Origin: a virus
Direction: 5' to 3' (one strand)
DNA length: 23,074 nucleotides
Virus record (IMG/VR): IMGVR_UViG_3300031419_000012
Within the stretch, counting starts at the first letter, position 1, and the number at the start of each line of letters is the position of its first letter. The notes beneath the pieces are model-generated. The model made no database searches and was not told the origin of the DNA. It worked only from the letters and a program-made list of their open reading frames with translations. Positions 7,361-15,735 of the stretch are shown here, one piece after another. The translations under genes and the position numbers were made by a program.

Positions 7361-7567
7361 TTGACCATTGGACTCCAGAATTTGACCAGCAACAGCAAAC
7401 CTATCGTTTTGAGTCAGCCGATGCTTATCGGTGCGATTATGTCAGAAATTGGCAATCAGAAACCGGGTGCCACTATCAGCGCCGCGCAGTTTAAGGCAAT
7501 CACCAAAGCGGCAAACAAGATTATCGACGCTTTCAGTTCTGAAGCCGCTGAACAGGTTGGTGGATGA
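7361..7567 (+). CDS. Small hypothetical protein (start uncertain)
   Basis: Its stop overlaps the next start (ATGA). The TTG start lacks an RBS, so a later ATG is possible. Confidence 0.5.
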   Translation: MTIGLQNLTSNSKPIVLSQPMLIGAIMSEIGNQKPGATISAAQFKAITKAANKIIDAFSSEAAEQVGG

Positions 7568-8490
7568 TGGGCATGAGCCGTTCTAATCTAAACCGCTCAG
7601 AGCGCGAGCCGCTGGTGGTTAGCTTTTCAGGCGGTCAGTCATCAGCATTTATGTGCGACTTCCTGATACAGAACTACTCTGACGCGTTCGACTTCCACTT
7701 TGTCTTTGCCAATACGGGCCGTGAGCACCCTGAAACGCTCATATTTGCCGACAAGGTAGATAAGCTGTTTGGCCTTAACCTGATATGGCTGGAGGGCGTT
7801 ACCAGCCCCATACACGGCACTGGCATGACTTACAAGGTTGTGACGTTTGAGACTGCAGCACGCCGCGGTGAACCGTTTGAGCAATTTATCAGCGTAGAGG
7901 GGATTCCCAATGTTTCCCGCCAGAAGTGCAGTGATTACCTGAAAACTCAGACTATCCGCTCATGGATGCGTTCTAACGGGCTTGCCCGCCGTGGCTGGTC
8001 TGCCAAAACGGCAATCGGTATGCGTGCTGACGAGCCGCAGCGGGCAGATATGAATAAAGCCTCGACCAAGCGTTACAACCTGGTTTACCCGCTTTGCCAC
8101 TGGGGCGCGTTTACCAAGCGCGACGTAAACGACTTTTGGGATGACATGCCATTCAAGCTGAACATCCCGCCCCATTACGGCAACTGCCTTACCTGCTTCA
8201 AAAAGAGCGACGCCAAGCTATTTCTCATCGCCCATGAACACCCTGAATGGTTCTCATGGAATAACGACATGGAGAAGCGCTTTGGCAGGGTTAAAGCGGC
8301 TGAGGGGCATAGCTGGTGGCGCAGGAAGCGGGACACCGATCAGCTGATGGAAGAGGCCGGACTGCATGACCACCAGCGCCTTATCTACCTGACCAAAACT
8401 GATCCTGACGACAGCGACGGATGCACCTCTTCGTGCGATGCCTTCCAGAACGTCGTAGAAGATGAATTTGAAGAAGAGGCAGCAGTATGA
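7564..8490 (+). CDS. PAPS-reductase-like / adenine nucleotide alpha hydrolase (PP-loop) protein with Cys-rich C-terminus
   Basis: VVSFSGGQSS PP-loop, FANTGREHPETL, IGMRADE..RA, YPL, GNCLTCF and terminal GCTSSC. Confidence 0.85.
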   Translation: MMGMSRSNLNRSEREPLVVSFSGGQSSAFMCDFLIQNYSDAFDFHFVFANTGREHPETLIFADKVDKLFGLNLIWLEGVTSPIHGTGMTYKVVTFETAARRGEPFEQFISVEGIPNVSRQKCSDYLKTQTIRSWMRSNGLARRGWSAKTAIGMRADEPQRADMNKASTKRYNLVYPLCHWGAFTKRDVNDFWDDMPFKLNIPPHYGNCLTCFKKSDAKLFLIAHEHPEWFSWNNDMEKRFGRVKAAEGHSWWRRKRDTDQLMEEAGLHDHQRLIYLTKTDPDDSDGCTSSCDAFQNVVEDEFEEEAAV

Positions 8491-8792
8491 GCCAGGTAGT
8501 GAAACATTATCCGATGCCGGTTGTACCGGCGGAGCTGGTGGAGCCGCTGATCCGCTTTCTGTCCGACCGTGAGGAGCGTATTGAGTTTCCACCTCATATG
8601 TTTTCAATGCTGAAAGCCCTGGGGGAGGAGATCGCGCTGGCCGCACTGACTGCAAAGCCTGCCGGGTACACGATTGTGACTGGAGCAGGTAACACATTAT
8701 TCAGGAAGCACAGGCCGAGACTTCGTATAACCAATGAAGCGCCCGTGCCGGTCTATACCGTTTCACCAGCATCAGTGAGTACCGGGCAATGA
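8487..8792 (+). CDS. Hypothetical protein (phage-type)
   Basis: ATGA overlaps on both sides within the operon. Confidence 0.75.
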   Translation: MSQVVKHYPMPVVPAELVEPLIRFLSDREERIEFPPHMFSMLKALGEEIALAALTAKPAGYTIVTGAGNTLFRKHRPRLRITNEAPVPVYTVSPASVSTGQ

Positions 8793-9145
8793 ACCTGCGT
8801 AAATTCTTCCGCCTTAAAACGCCGTGCGCGAATTGCCCGTTTTTAAAAGCTGGTGGCATAGAGCTGAACCCCGGACGGCTGGAAGGAATTAAAGCTGATC
8901 TGCTGGGCGATGATTTCAGTTCATTCTACTGCCACAAAACCACGCATCTGACAGGCAGCGAAGAGGACCAGGACGGCGAGCAGGGTTACAGCGCGTCCGG
9001 CAGAGAGGCACACTGCGCAGGCGCTGCCGCGTTTCTGCTTGCCCGTGGTCGCCAGAACATTGCTATGCGCCTGGCGTTTCACGAAGGGACGATTAAGCCC
9101 GCTGATTTTGAGCCTGCGATCGACATGATCGACACGAAAGACTGA
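8789..9145 (+). CDS. Cys/His metal-binding hypothetical protein (possibly DUF6283-like)
   Basis: PCANCPF, FYCHKT and HCAGA motifs; translationally coupled to the upstream gene. Confidence 0.75.
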   Translation: MNLRKFFRLKTPCANCPFLKAGGIELNPGRLEGIKADLLGDDFSSFYCHKTTHLTGSEEDQDGEQGYSASGREAHCAGAAAFLLARGRQNIAMRLAFHEGTIKPADFEPAIDMIDTKD

Positions 9146-9264
9146 GGACACCGCCATGATTAATACCAGAATTATTGGCGATATCATGGCGCTGGTGCCG
9201 AGCTATGCCGTGACATAATCTGGCGTCTATTATGATTGATAACATCGTAATCAGAGCACTGATC

Positions 9265-9702
9265 ATGAATGCAAAATCCTTAACAAAATTAAGCCTTGTT
9301 ATCTTATTAGCGGGATGTGTCAGTAAGCCTGACAACTATGACAGGAATGTTTTTGCTGCTGTTGCAGATGTGACAATAATCAACTTAGCCAAAACGAAGC
9401 CTGTTGATTTTGATAAAGATAACCCTATGATTTCTCTGAGAGGAGTTTGCCAGCAATACACAGTAGACCCGGCTAAACACCGTGAGGAAATGTTAGATAT
9501 TGCAGCGTCAGTAGGTGAGACATACTGGAATTTTCATTTCCCCGGCCAGCCTAAACAGTGGCAGTCTTTCTCAAGACGCAATGCTGATTTAATTTACCAG
9601 GACTGCCGCGCTGAATACCTTATGGCTCGCGGAGCTACAGCCGTACCGCTTATCAAACTCAAAGACCCATCCGAATATAAAACGGATGAATGGAAGAAAT
9701 AA
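9265..9702 (+). CDS. Lipoprotein of unknown function
   Basis: From ATG 9265, MNAKSLTKLSLVILLAG|C is a classic signal II lipobox (LAGC). Confidence 0.82.
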   Translation: MNAKSLTKLSLVILLAGCVSKPDNYDRNVFAAVADVTIINLAKTKPVDFDKDNPMISLRGVCQQYTVDPAKHREEMLDIAASVGETYWNFHFPGQPKQWQSFSRRNADLIYQDCRAEYLMARGATAVPLIKLKDPSEYKTDEWKK

Positions 9703-9786
9703 CCCTTGTTAACAGCGTGATTAGCCGTCGGTGAGTGGCGTGTCTCAATCTATCTCCACGCCTGCCATACTATTCTCTGCTGGTTA

Positions 9787-10338
9787 TCAGGCACTGCGAC
9801 GGCGTTCTACCAGCATTTGCGCCATAGACTCGACTTCCTGAAAATCCCTTGAGGCAGCGGTTCTCAATATGAGGTTCCACTTGCTGAGAGTACGCGCATT
9901 TTCTGCCAGATCGCTGCCTGCTTTGAGCCGCCCGTTTTGTTCCAGCCAGACTGCTACGTCTGACCAGTCCCAAAGTGGGGACTGACCTTTAATACGCTGA
10001 ACAGGGCAGGGGAAATTGCCGTTGCCGCGTGTGCCGTCTTTGAGCATGGCTATCGCCTGGCGTGACATTTCGGCGTTATCCGCAATGTCGCTCAGCCCCA
10101 CCAGTGCTGAATCGACAGACGCCACGATAGCGCCAATTCCGGCTGACTCGACGTTTTGAATCGCTGACGCAATAGCTGTGTCCAGAGAGCCTGCTTCTCG
10201 GTCAAATTCCAGATAAACGGCGTGGCCATATGCGCAAACCAGCGCATCATCACAGCCGCTTTCAAACAGCGCATCTTCCAGTCCTTCGGTCTCATACGTT
10301 ACGCCTGAGAGTGTCAGAGTGAAGTTATAAAGCGCCAT
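9787..10338 (-). CDS. Putative HicB-like antitoxin / HTH DNA-binding protein
   Basis: ATG 10338 follows AGAGG. The acidic N-domain (LEFDREAGSLDTAIASAI) is followed by an AlpA-like HTH (VGLSDIA..AEMSRQAI...FPCP...PLWDWSDV). Confidence 0.7.
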   Translation of the reverse strand: MALYNFTLTLSGVTYETEGLEDALFESGCDDALVCAYGHAVYLEFDREAGSLDTAIASAIQNVESAGIGAIVASVDSALVGLSDIADNAEMSRQAIAMLKDGTRGNGNFPCPVQRIKGQSPLWDWSDVAVWLEQNGRLKAGSDLAENARTLSKWNLILRTAASRDFQEVESMAQMLVERRRSA

Positions 10339-10408
10339 AGTACCTCTTCTTTTTCGTGGGTGTGTAACTCGGTAAAGAGCGGCGTTCACCACTCCTTACC
10401 GGGCAAAA

Positions 10409-10633
10409 TCATGTGCAGTGATCGACCTTGCGCCTGATTTGCTTCGCGTGGTTCTCCGGGCTTCGCGGAGTAGACCACACACTCATTTGATGATCTCGGT
10501 GTTCATCTTCTGGATTACCGCAGCGCAGCTTGCAAAAGCAGTGAGCTGAATCGCCCGGTGGAACCCAAACCCAGCCTTTCGTTAACGCATAATCAATGGC
10601 TGCTTGAATATGCTTGTTCGGATGTTTCTTCAT
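10409..10633 (-). CDS. Small basic HicA-like putative toxin
   Basis: Helix-GW-x6-SAH-strand...STP pattern similar to the dsRBD-fold HicA; strong GGAGGAG RBS; upstream of an HTH partner. Confidence 0.65.
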   Translation of the reverse strand: MKKHPNKHIQAAIDYALTKGWVWVPPGDSAHCFCKLRCGNPEDEHRDHQMSVWSTPRSPENHAKQIRRKVDHCT

Positions 10634-10651
10634 TCTCCTCCGAATAATAGT

Positions 10652-10681
10652 ATTCTATTCTCCGTGTTGACATCCGTCAAC
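10652..10681 (-). promoter_or_regulatory. Promoter with palindromic operator for the HicAB-like pair
   Basis: Minus strand TTGACG, 17 bp, TAGAAT. The palindrome GTTGAC-ATCC-GTCAAC (10666-10681) covers the -35. Confidence 0.8.
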
Positions 10682-10773
10682 GGCGGTAACTCTATCCGTT
10701 GATGCCCGCACCCCCTGACTACCTGGTCACACGCTGCTGACTGCCAGCCCGGACTAACGACAAGATAATCTAA

Positions 10774-10812
10774 TTTGCTTGTATTGACAAGCAAAACCTT
10801 TGCCTGTACATT
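10774..10812 (+). promoter_or_regulatory. Strong promoter with inverted-repeat operator
   Basis: TTGACA (10784-10789), 17 bp, TACATT (10807-10812). TTTGCTTGT-ATTG-ACAAGCAAA (10774-10795) covers the -35. Confidence 0.8.
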
Positions 10813-10875
10813 ACACCTCATGGCGCAACGGTGCGCCGTCGCCCTGGCGCACCAGGCATAAAAAGGAACCTCTTC

Positions 10876-11556
10876 ATGACCCACGCATCAATGACTTCTA
10901 CCGCCGCTATCCAGCATATGTCCCACACTCTGACCGGCGCGATTGCTCAGAGCCACCAGCCTGGCTTTATCGCTGCTGAGGCGTATGCGGATATCAAAAC
11001 CAACTACGAGCTGGTGGCCTCCAGCTGTACTGACCTGGCAACCGTAGTCTGGCTGCGCAATAACATCTGCTTTGGTTACATAGGCGATGACTGCAGCTTT
11101 GAAGAGGTCAATCTGCAATACCGTGATCACTATGACTTCATCCTCAAGTCTGGCTGGCGTCCGGGTACTGCACCTGCGAATAAGCTGGTACTCAGCAATA
11201 TGTATGAAATGGACTGGTGGGAGCCGCAGGATATCGTGGTAACAGCCCACACTGACACTGAAGTCAGCGGGACAGCCACCATGACAGACACTGAGGGCGA
11301 GTATCAGTTTGCGTTTGAGTGGACGATGATCATGGGCGAAGAGGCCGGGCAGTACGATATACCGTTCATGGTAAACATCACGGCAGCACGCTTTACCCTG
11401 CCGTATGAGTTTGAACTGTTTGAAGATGACGGACGCCCGCTCGATGCGCTGACAGCTTTGCAGGAAATGGATTGCGGTCTGGGATTTTGTGTTGAGTTCT
11501 TCCCGGACGTTTACAAACAATACGCTCCGGCTAAAGGAGCCACTGAACGAGGTTAA
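10876..11556 (+). CDS. Acidic hypothetical protein (226 aa)
   Basis: ATG 10876 follows AAAGGA. About 34 D/E versus 11 K/R by manual count. First gene of the operon. Confidence 0.8.
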   Translation: MTHASMTSTAAIQHMSHTLTGAIAQSHQPGFIAAEAYADIKTNYELVASSCTDLATVVWLRNNICFGYIGDDCSFEEVNLQYRDHYDFILKSGWRPGTAPANKLVLSNMYEMDWWEPQDIVVTAHTDTEVSGTATMTDTEGEYQFAFEWTMIMGEEAGQYDIPFMVNITAARFTLPYEFELFEDDGRPLDALTALQEMDCGLGFCVEFFPDVYKQYAPAKGATERG

Positions 11557-11558
11557 TT

Positions 11559-12035
11559 ATGACCGATAAAGCACGCGACCCACGGGCTTTAAACTCAGTT
11601 AAGGGAGACGTCCCGGCGACGTCTCAGATTCAGATGCGCGTTACGCCTGATATCAAAGCCCGCTATGTCACTCAGGCACGGCGGGAGGGCATGAAGCTGT
11701 CAGAGTGGATTCAGCTTCACCTTAATGCGGTGTGCGATAAAGCAGAGGCTGATCGTCAGTGGGAAGAGAAGATCGCCGAGAATAATAAATATTTCCGCAT
11801 TTACAGAAAGCGGGATAACACCTGGAGAAAGCAATCACCGCGTACTGACATATTTGGGATGCCATATCCTGATTACACTGATAACGAATCAGAGGCAGGC
11901 ATCTGGCTAAAAATCGAAATTCGCGCCGCGTCATATAACCCGTATTCACATATGCATCTTCGGGAGGGTGAAGAACTCATTGAGTCTACGCCAACGCGAG
12001 ATCAGCTTGAGTTGCGTGCCTGGCTATCGGACTAG
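11559..12035 (+). CDS. Protein with N-terminal ribbon-helix-helix-like DNA-binding domain
   Basis: QIQMRVTPDIKARYVTQARREGMKLSEWI fits the RHH strand-helix-G-x-x-x-S-helix pattern; GAGG RBS. Confidence 0.7.
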   Translation: MTDKARDPRALNSVKGDVPATSQIQMRVTPDIKARYVTQARREGMKLSEWIQLHLNAVCDKAEADRQWEEKIAENNKYFRIYRKRDNTWRKQSPRTDIFGMPYPDYTDNESEAGIWLKIEIRAASYNPYSHMHLREGEELIESTPTRDQLELRAWLSD

Positions 12036-12078
12036 CCCCCGACTACCACAGAAAAGCAATGACAGGATTAGAACACCA

Positions 12079-12387
12079 GTGATTAAACAGGAAATCAGGG
12101 CGCTGTTTCTGGCGCACGGCTTCAAAATGGAGCAGCAACCTGACGGCAGTACGGATTTTGACCCGGCGTATTACAGCGTCGCTCAGGCGCTCGCAGAGAG
12201 CTTTAACGATATTTACGGGCAACCAGTCGGAAACGTGGAGATCGCCGCTGCTGGTGGCGCAGAGGCACGCACAATGCCGCTCTTTCACGATAAGGCAGCG
12301 AGCATAGAGTTTCCCGTGTACGTCATGCGCGAACCGTCCCAAAAGCCCGCGCTGGCCACCAGCAAAAATCCGGCGTTCGTGCGCTGA
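12079..12387 (+). CDS. Hypothetical protein (phage-type)
   Basis: Likely GTG start at 12079 after AGGA (avoids the overlap with the upstream gene). Its stop is coupled to the next ATG. Confidence 0.65.
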   Translation: MIKQEIRALFLAHGFKMEQQPDGSTDFDPAYYSVAQALAESFNDIYGQPVGNVEIAAAGGAEARTMPLFHDKAASIEFPVYVMREPSQKPALATSKNPAFVR

Positions 12388-12749
12388 TGGACGACCGATT
12401 AAGGCAGTACGGCTGGTACTCATTTGAGGGCTGGCCGGAAAGTGAAGTGCGCGACTTTCTTATCACCAAATGCCACATACTCCATGCCCGCCAGCTACCA
12501 GACGGCAGCTGGTGCGGGCTGCTGCAGTTGCTGTATACGCTCAGCGTCTGCATGGGGATCACGCCCACTGATGCGTATATGTATCGCTGGTGCTTTGAAG
12601 ATCCGAAAGAGGCGGCACACTTCTATAAAACCGCCGTGGCGTATGACGAAATTCCGGTGCGCCGGGAGTCGCTGGTGGGGCATCGGCACACGACAGGCAT
12701 TCCGCTTTACGTGGAATTTGACCAGCTTGGCCTGCCAAAGTGGCGTTAA
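12387..12749 (+). CDS. Hypothetical protein (120 aa)
   Basis: TGATG coupling to the upstream gene; followed by a terminator-like hairpin. Confidence 0.75.
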   Translation: MDDRLRQYGWYSFEGWPESEVRDFLITKCHILHARQLPDGSWCGLLQLLYTLSVCMGITPTDAYMYRWCFEDPKEAAHFYKTAVAYDEIPVRRESLVGHRHTTGIPLYVEFDQLGLPKWR

Positions 12750-12760
12750 CACCTTTTTAC

Positions 12761-12793
12761 TGACCACCAGCTATCCGGCTGGTGTCAGTTTTT
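12761..12793 (+). terminator. Probable intrinsic terminator
   Basis: TGAC(C)ACCAGC-TATCCG-GCTGGTGTCA followed by GTTTTT. Confidence 0.6.
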
Positions 12794-12821
12794 CAATAAC
12801 AGCAATACAGAATGGTAAAAA

Positions 12822-13247
12822 ATGGAAATCAGGATTAAATGCCCGCACTGCGGATCAGGGAGCGTCAAAAAGAGCAGGGCGGTTTATGAGCAGGGAACCT
12901 CAAAGACGCGCAGCGTGAGCCACACGGGCTGGATCTCAAATCGGGGATCGGGCGGTAGCAGACGGCAGGGCAAATCAACGCGCCAGTCAGTCGCCGCATC
13001 GCGTAATGCGCCCGCTGGCCGCAAGCTGGAAGGCTTCGTATTTACCGGCGCATTCATCCTGTTTACCTGGCTGGCTCTCTGCGTGCAGGGAACCACGCTG
13101 CAATCGTCGCTGGTGGCGGGCGCTATCCTCGCAATGCTGGTTACAGGGCTGGTGGCATACCTGAACCGACACAACCGGCGTAGAGAGCGGGTAAACTATG
13201 AAAAGCAGTGGTACTGCAGCAAATGCGGCGATACATTCATCAGATAA
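12822..13247 (+). CDS. Membrane protein with split zinc ribbon (two TM helices between CxxC pairs)
   Basis: CPHCG near the N-terminus, two hydrophobic segments, and WYCSKCG near the C-terminus. Confidence 0.8.
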   Translation: MEIRIKCPHCGSGSVKKSRAVYEQGTSKTRSVSHTGWISNRGSGGSRRQGKSTRQSVAASRNAPAGRKLEGFVFTGAFILFTWLALCVQGTTLQSSLVAGAILAMLVTGLVAYLNRHNRRRERVNYEKQWYCSKCGDTFIR

Positions 13248-13302
13248 GTAGTGTTCAACCCCTTATTTTAAAAACTACCCACAACCAAAAAAGGAAAGTG
13301 TT

Positions 13303-14052
13303 GTGCTTTATAAATATGTAGGAAATGAAGATCCATTAAAGGCGATCGATTATCTCAAGCGCTTCGTGAACGATGGAACGATCAAAGCCACTGCTCCACG
13401 GCAATTTAACGACCCTGCAGAATTCAAAGTTAACTTTGTTTTCGATGCTACTCAAGATGAAAAAAAAGGATTCGTTCGCCGCCTGTGGCCTGGTAAAAAA
13501 GAAGAAGTCTATGATAATTGGGTGAATAACAGAGCGGAACACGTTGAAAACAATGATGCTCTTAGGCTTCGCGCAGCGCTTCTTCAGACTGCAGGAGTTA
13601 TATGCCTGACTCTTGAGCCAGATAATTACTTAATGTGGTCGCATTACGCTCATTCTCACTCAGGTTTTTGCATTGGCTTCTCTGATCAAGTGCTTAATAG
13701 CTTAAAAACAAAAGATTGCGTAGCTCATGCTTATGTTGAATATGAAGAAAAACCACCTTCAGTGAATTTCTATAATACCGATGAGGAAGAAGTTGGAAGA
13801 GCGCTCTTCACGTATAAAAGCAAAGTATGGGAGTATGAGAAAGAATTTAGAGTGATTTTTAGAGAATCTGGAATAAGAAAATTAGAAATCTCATCAATAA
13901 AAGAAATTGTACTAGGATGTCGGGCAAGTGATGAATTGGAGGCGTATGCCAGAACTTTAATTGGTTCAGGTATAGGTATATTCAAAATGAGGGAGTCAAT
14001 TTCTTCATACCAGCTTGAGAAGATTGAGTTGAAAGATAATGTGTATTTTTAA
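13303..14052 (+). CDS. DUF2971-family protein
   Basis: LYKY, FNDPAE, ICLT...LMWSHYA.SHSGFCIGF, KSKVWEYEKEFRV and IKEIVLG motifs; AT-rich; AAGGA RBS with GTG start. Confidence 0.85.
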   Translation: MLYKYVGNEDPLKAIDYLKRFVNDGTIKATAPRQFNDPAEFKVNFVFDATQDEKKGFVRRLWPGKKEEVYDNWVNNRAEHVENNDALRLRAALLQTAGVICLTLEPDNYLMWSHYAHSHSGFCIGFSDQVLNSLKTKDCVAHAYVEYEEKPPSVNFYNTDEEEVGRALFTYKSKVWEYEKEFRVIFRESGIRKLEISSIKEIVLGCRASDELEAYARTLIGSGIGIFKMRESISSYQLEKIELKDNVYF

Positions 14053-14122
14053 CTATAATCTCCACCTTCAAAAAAAGTAACTTTACGTTATTAAATAGGC
14101 GCTTAGTGCGCCTTTCCTATGG

Positions 14123-14151
14123 TTGCTCTTAGTGGATCACATCCCTAAAAT
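14123..14151 (+). promoter_or_regulatory. Putative sigma70 promoter of the acyltransferase
   Basis: TTGCTC, 17 bp, TAAAAT, just after a hairpin at ~14097-14115. Confidence 0.55.
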
Positions 14152-14193
14152 GCGGCCATCTTTACTTTTATCAGACAATCCTCATACATACTC

Positions 14194-15270
14194 ATGACAC
14201 AACAGCTCAAATCTATTCAGGCGCTGCGAGGGCTTGCCTGCCTCGCCGTCGTTACCTTTCATTTCCGCTACCAGATAAAGGCGCACTATCCGGCATTGAC
14301 CAAACTGCTTTCAACCGGCGCTATTGGTGTGGATCTGTTTTTCATCCTCAGCGGCTTTGTTATCACGCTCTCTGTATCGCGTATGGGTACAGGCTTTGCT
14401 GCAGCGGGAGACTTCCTGAAGCGCCGTGCGCTGCGCCTGCTGCCCGCCTACTTCATTCTGCTGCTGATTAACTTCCTGTTAAGCGGAGCAATGGCGACGT
14501 TCCACTATGCCGATAAGACGCAGGCGCTGATTAGCGCGGCGACGCTCTCTGTCTACCTGCCGCAGCACGCGCCGTTTTACGTGGACGACAGCGGGTTTAT
14601 GGGCGTGCGCTGGACGCTCAACTATGAGTTTCTGTTTTACCTGATGATGGCCGTATGCCTGCTGGTGCGCGCACGCTGGGCGGCGCTGGCCGCAATGCTG
14701 GGCGCGGTGCTGGTGGCAGTGCCGATGGTAGCAGGCCACCAGCCGACGCTGCTGGTGCATGGCTACGACATGGGGTACGCCTACATTAACCTGATGACCA
14801 ACCCGATTATCTGGCAGTTTGCCGCGGGCGTGCTGATTGGCTTGGTTTACCCGTACATGGCGCGTCTGCCGGTGGCAACCCGTGTGCTGTTCCTGCTGGC
14901 AGCGGTTGCCCTGTTTGTGCAGCACATTATCAGCCATCAGCATATCGGGCATGGTCTGATGGCGTCCGGTACCGTGCTGGCGCTGCTGCTGGCCGCTATG
15001 GCGTTCAATGACAGCTGGTTAGGACGCATCACGCCGCGCTGGCTGGTGTTCCTGGGCGATATTTCTTTCTCCGTCTACCTGATTCACATTGTAACCAAAG
15101 ACCGGTTATCAAAATCCTTTACAGATCAGGGTATGACGTTCTTCGTGTGTAACGTCCTGCTGGCGCTGCTGCTCGGCTGGCTCAGTTACCGTTATATTGA
15201 GCCAATCGGACAGAAGATTGTGCGCCGGCGCAAAGAGAAAGCGCTCCGCACCGCAAGCGATGCCGCATAG
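14194..15270 (+). CDS. Acyltransferase-3 (OafA/YrhL-like) membrane O-acetyltransferase
   Basis: IQALRGLA..AV..FH, GVDLFFILSGFVI, RRALRLLPAY, WTLNYEFLFY, LGDISFSVYLIH and SYRYIEP motifs; multiple TM helices. Confidence 0.92.
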   Translation: MTQQLKSIQALRGLACLAVVTFHFRYQIKAHYPALTKLLSTGAIGVDLFFILSGFVITLSVSRMGTGFAAAGDFLKRRALRLLPAYFILLLINFLLSGAMATFHYADKTQALISAATLSVYLPQHAPFYVDDSGFMGVRWTLNYEFLFYLMMAVCLLVRARWAALAAMLGAVLVAVPMVAGHQPTLLVHGYDMGYAYINLMTNPIIWQFAAGVLIGLVYPYMARLPVATRVLFLLAAVALFVQHIISHQHIGHGLMASGTVLALLLAAMAFNDSWLGRITPRWLVFLGDISFSVYLIHIVTKDRLSKSFTDQGMTFFVCNVLLALLLGWLSYRYIEPIGQKIVRRRKEKALRTASDAA

Positions 15271-15345
15271 CCCGTAACCACTCTGCCGCAAGGGTTTGAG
15301 CCTGTCAGCTATACTTACTGGACAGGCTCAACAAAGGAGTAAGCG

Positions 15346-15552
15346 ATGAAATGTCCGACATGCGGTGCAGAGGCTTTTGTTTACGACACGCGCGACGTCC
15401 AGCTGAATACGGGCAACCCGGATGACATTGTAGAGGATGTGAAAGGGAGCCATTGCCTGGCCTGCGGAGAGGTGATCGTGGATATGTCAGAGGCCGATTC
15501 ATTCATGAGGAAGGTCAGCGCACTGGAAGCTGCAGCGGCACACAATCATTGA
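15346..15552 (+). CDS. Stand-alone MqsA/YgiT-type zinc-finger domain (no HTH)
   Basis: MKCPTCG...DTRD...VKGSHCLACGEVIVD..EAD.FM matches the MqsA N-terminal domain. It has an AAGGAG RBS and its own terminator, with no mqsR-like gene adjacent. Confidence 0.82.
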   Translation: MKCPTCGAEAFVYDTRDVQLNTGNPDDIVEDVKGSHCLACGEVIVDMSEADSFMRKVSALEAAAAHNH

Positions 15553-15558
15553 CACAAT

Positions 15559-15581
15559 AGCCCGCATCAAGCGGGCTTTTT
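15559..15581 (+). terminator. Intrinsic terminator
   Basis: AGCCCGC-ATCAA-GCGGGC followed by TTTTT. Confidence 0.8.
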
Positions 15582-15735
15582 AATGCCTTGAGTTACTGAA
15601 ATGCATAACTGGCAAGTAAACTTATCAAATTCTGCAAAGCTAGCTTTGCAAAAATCAATTAAATCATAAACATACATAGATTTTTGTGGTAAGTGGTGAG
15701 TGAGCCTTGTATGGTGACTACAAACACCACATACG

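Noticed and set aside
14075-14083. P1 late-promoter -22 element (AAGTTACTT on the minus strand)
   Set aside because: It is a single match in AT-rich DNA pointing antisense to the DUF2971 gene, with no late genes nearby.
14122-14138. P1 C1 operator-like TTGCTCT
   Set aside because: Only the first half matches; it is better explained as a -35 element.
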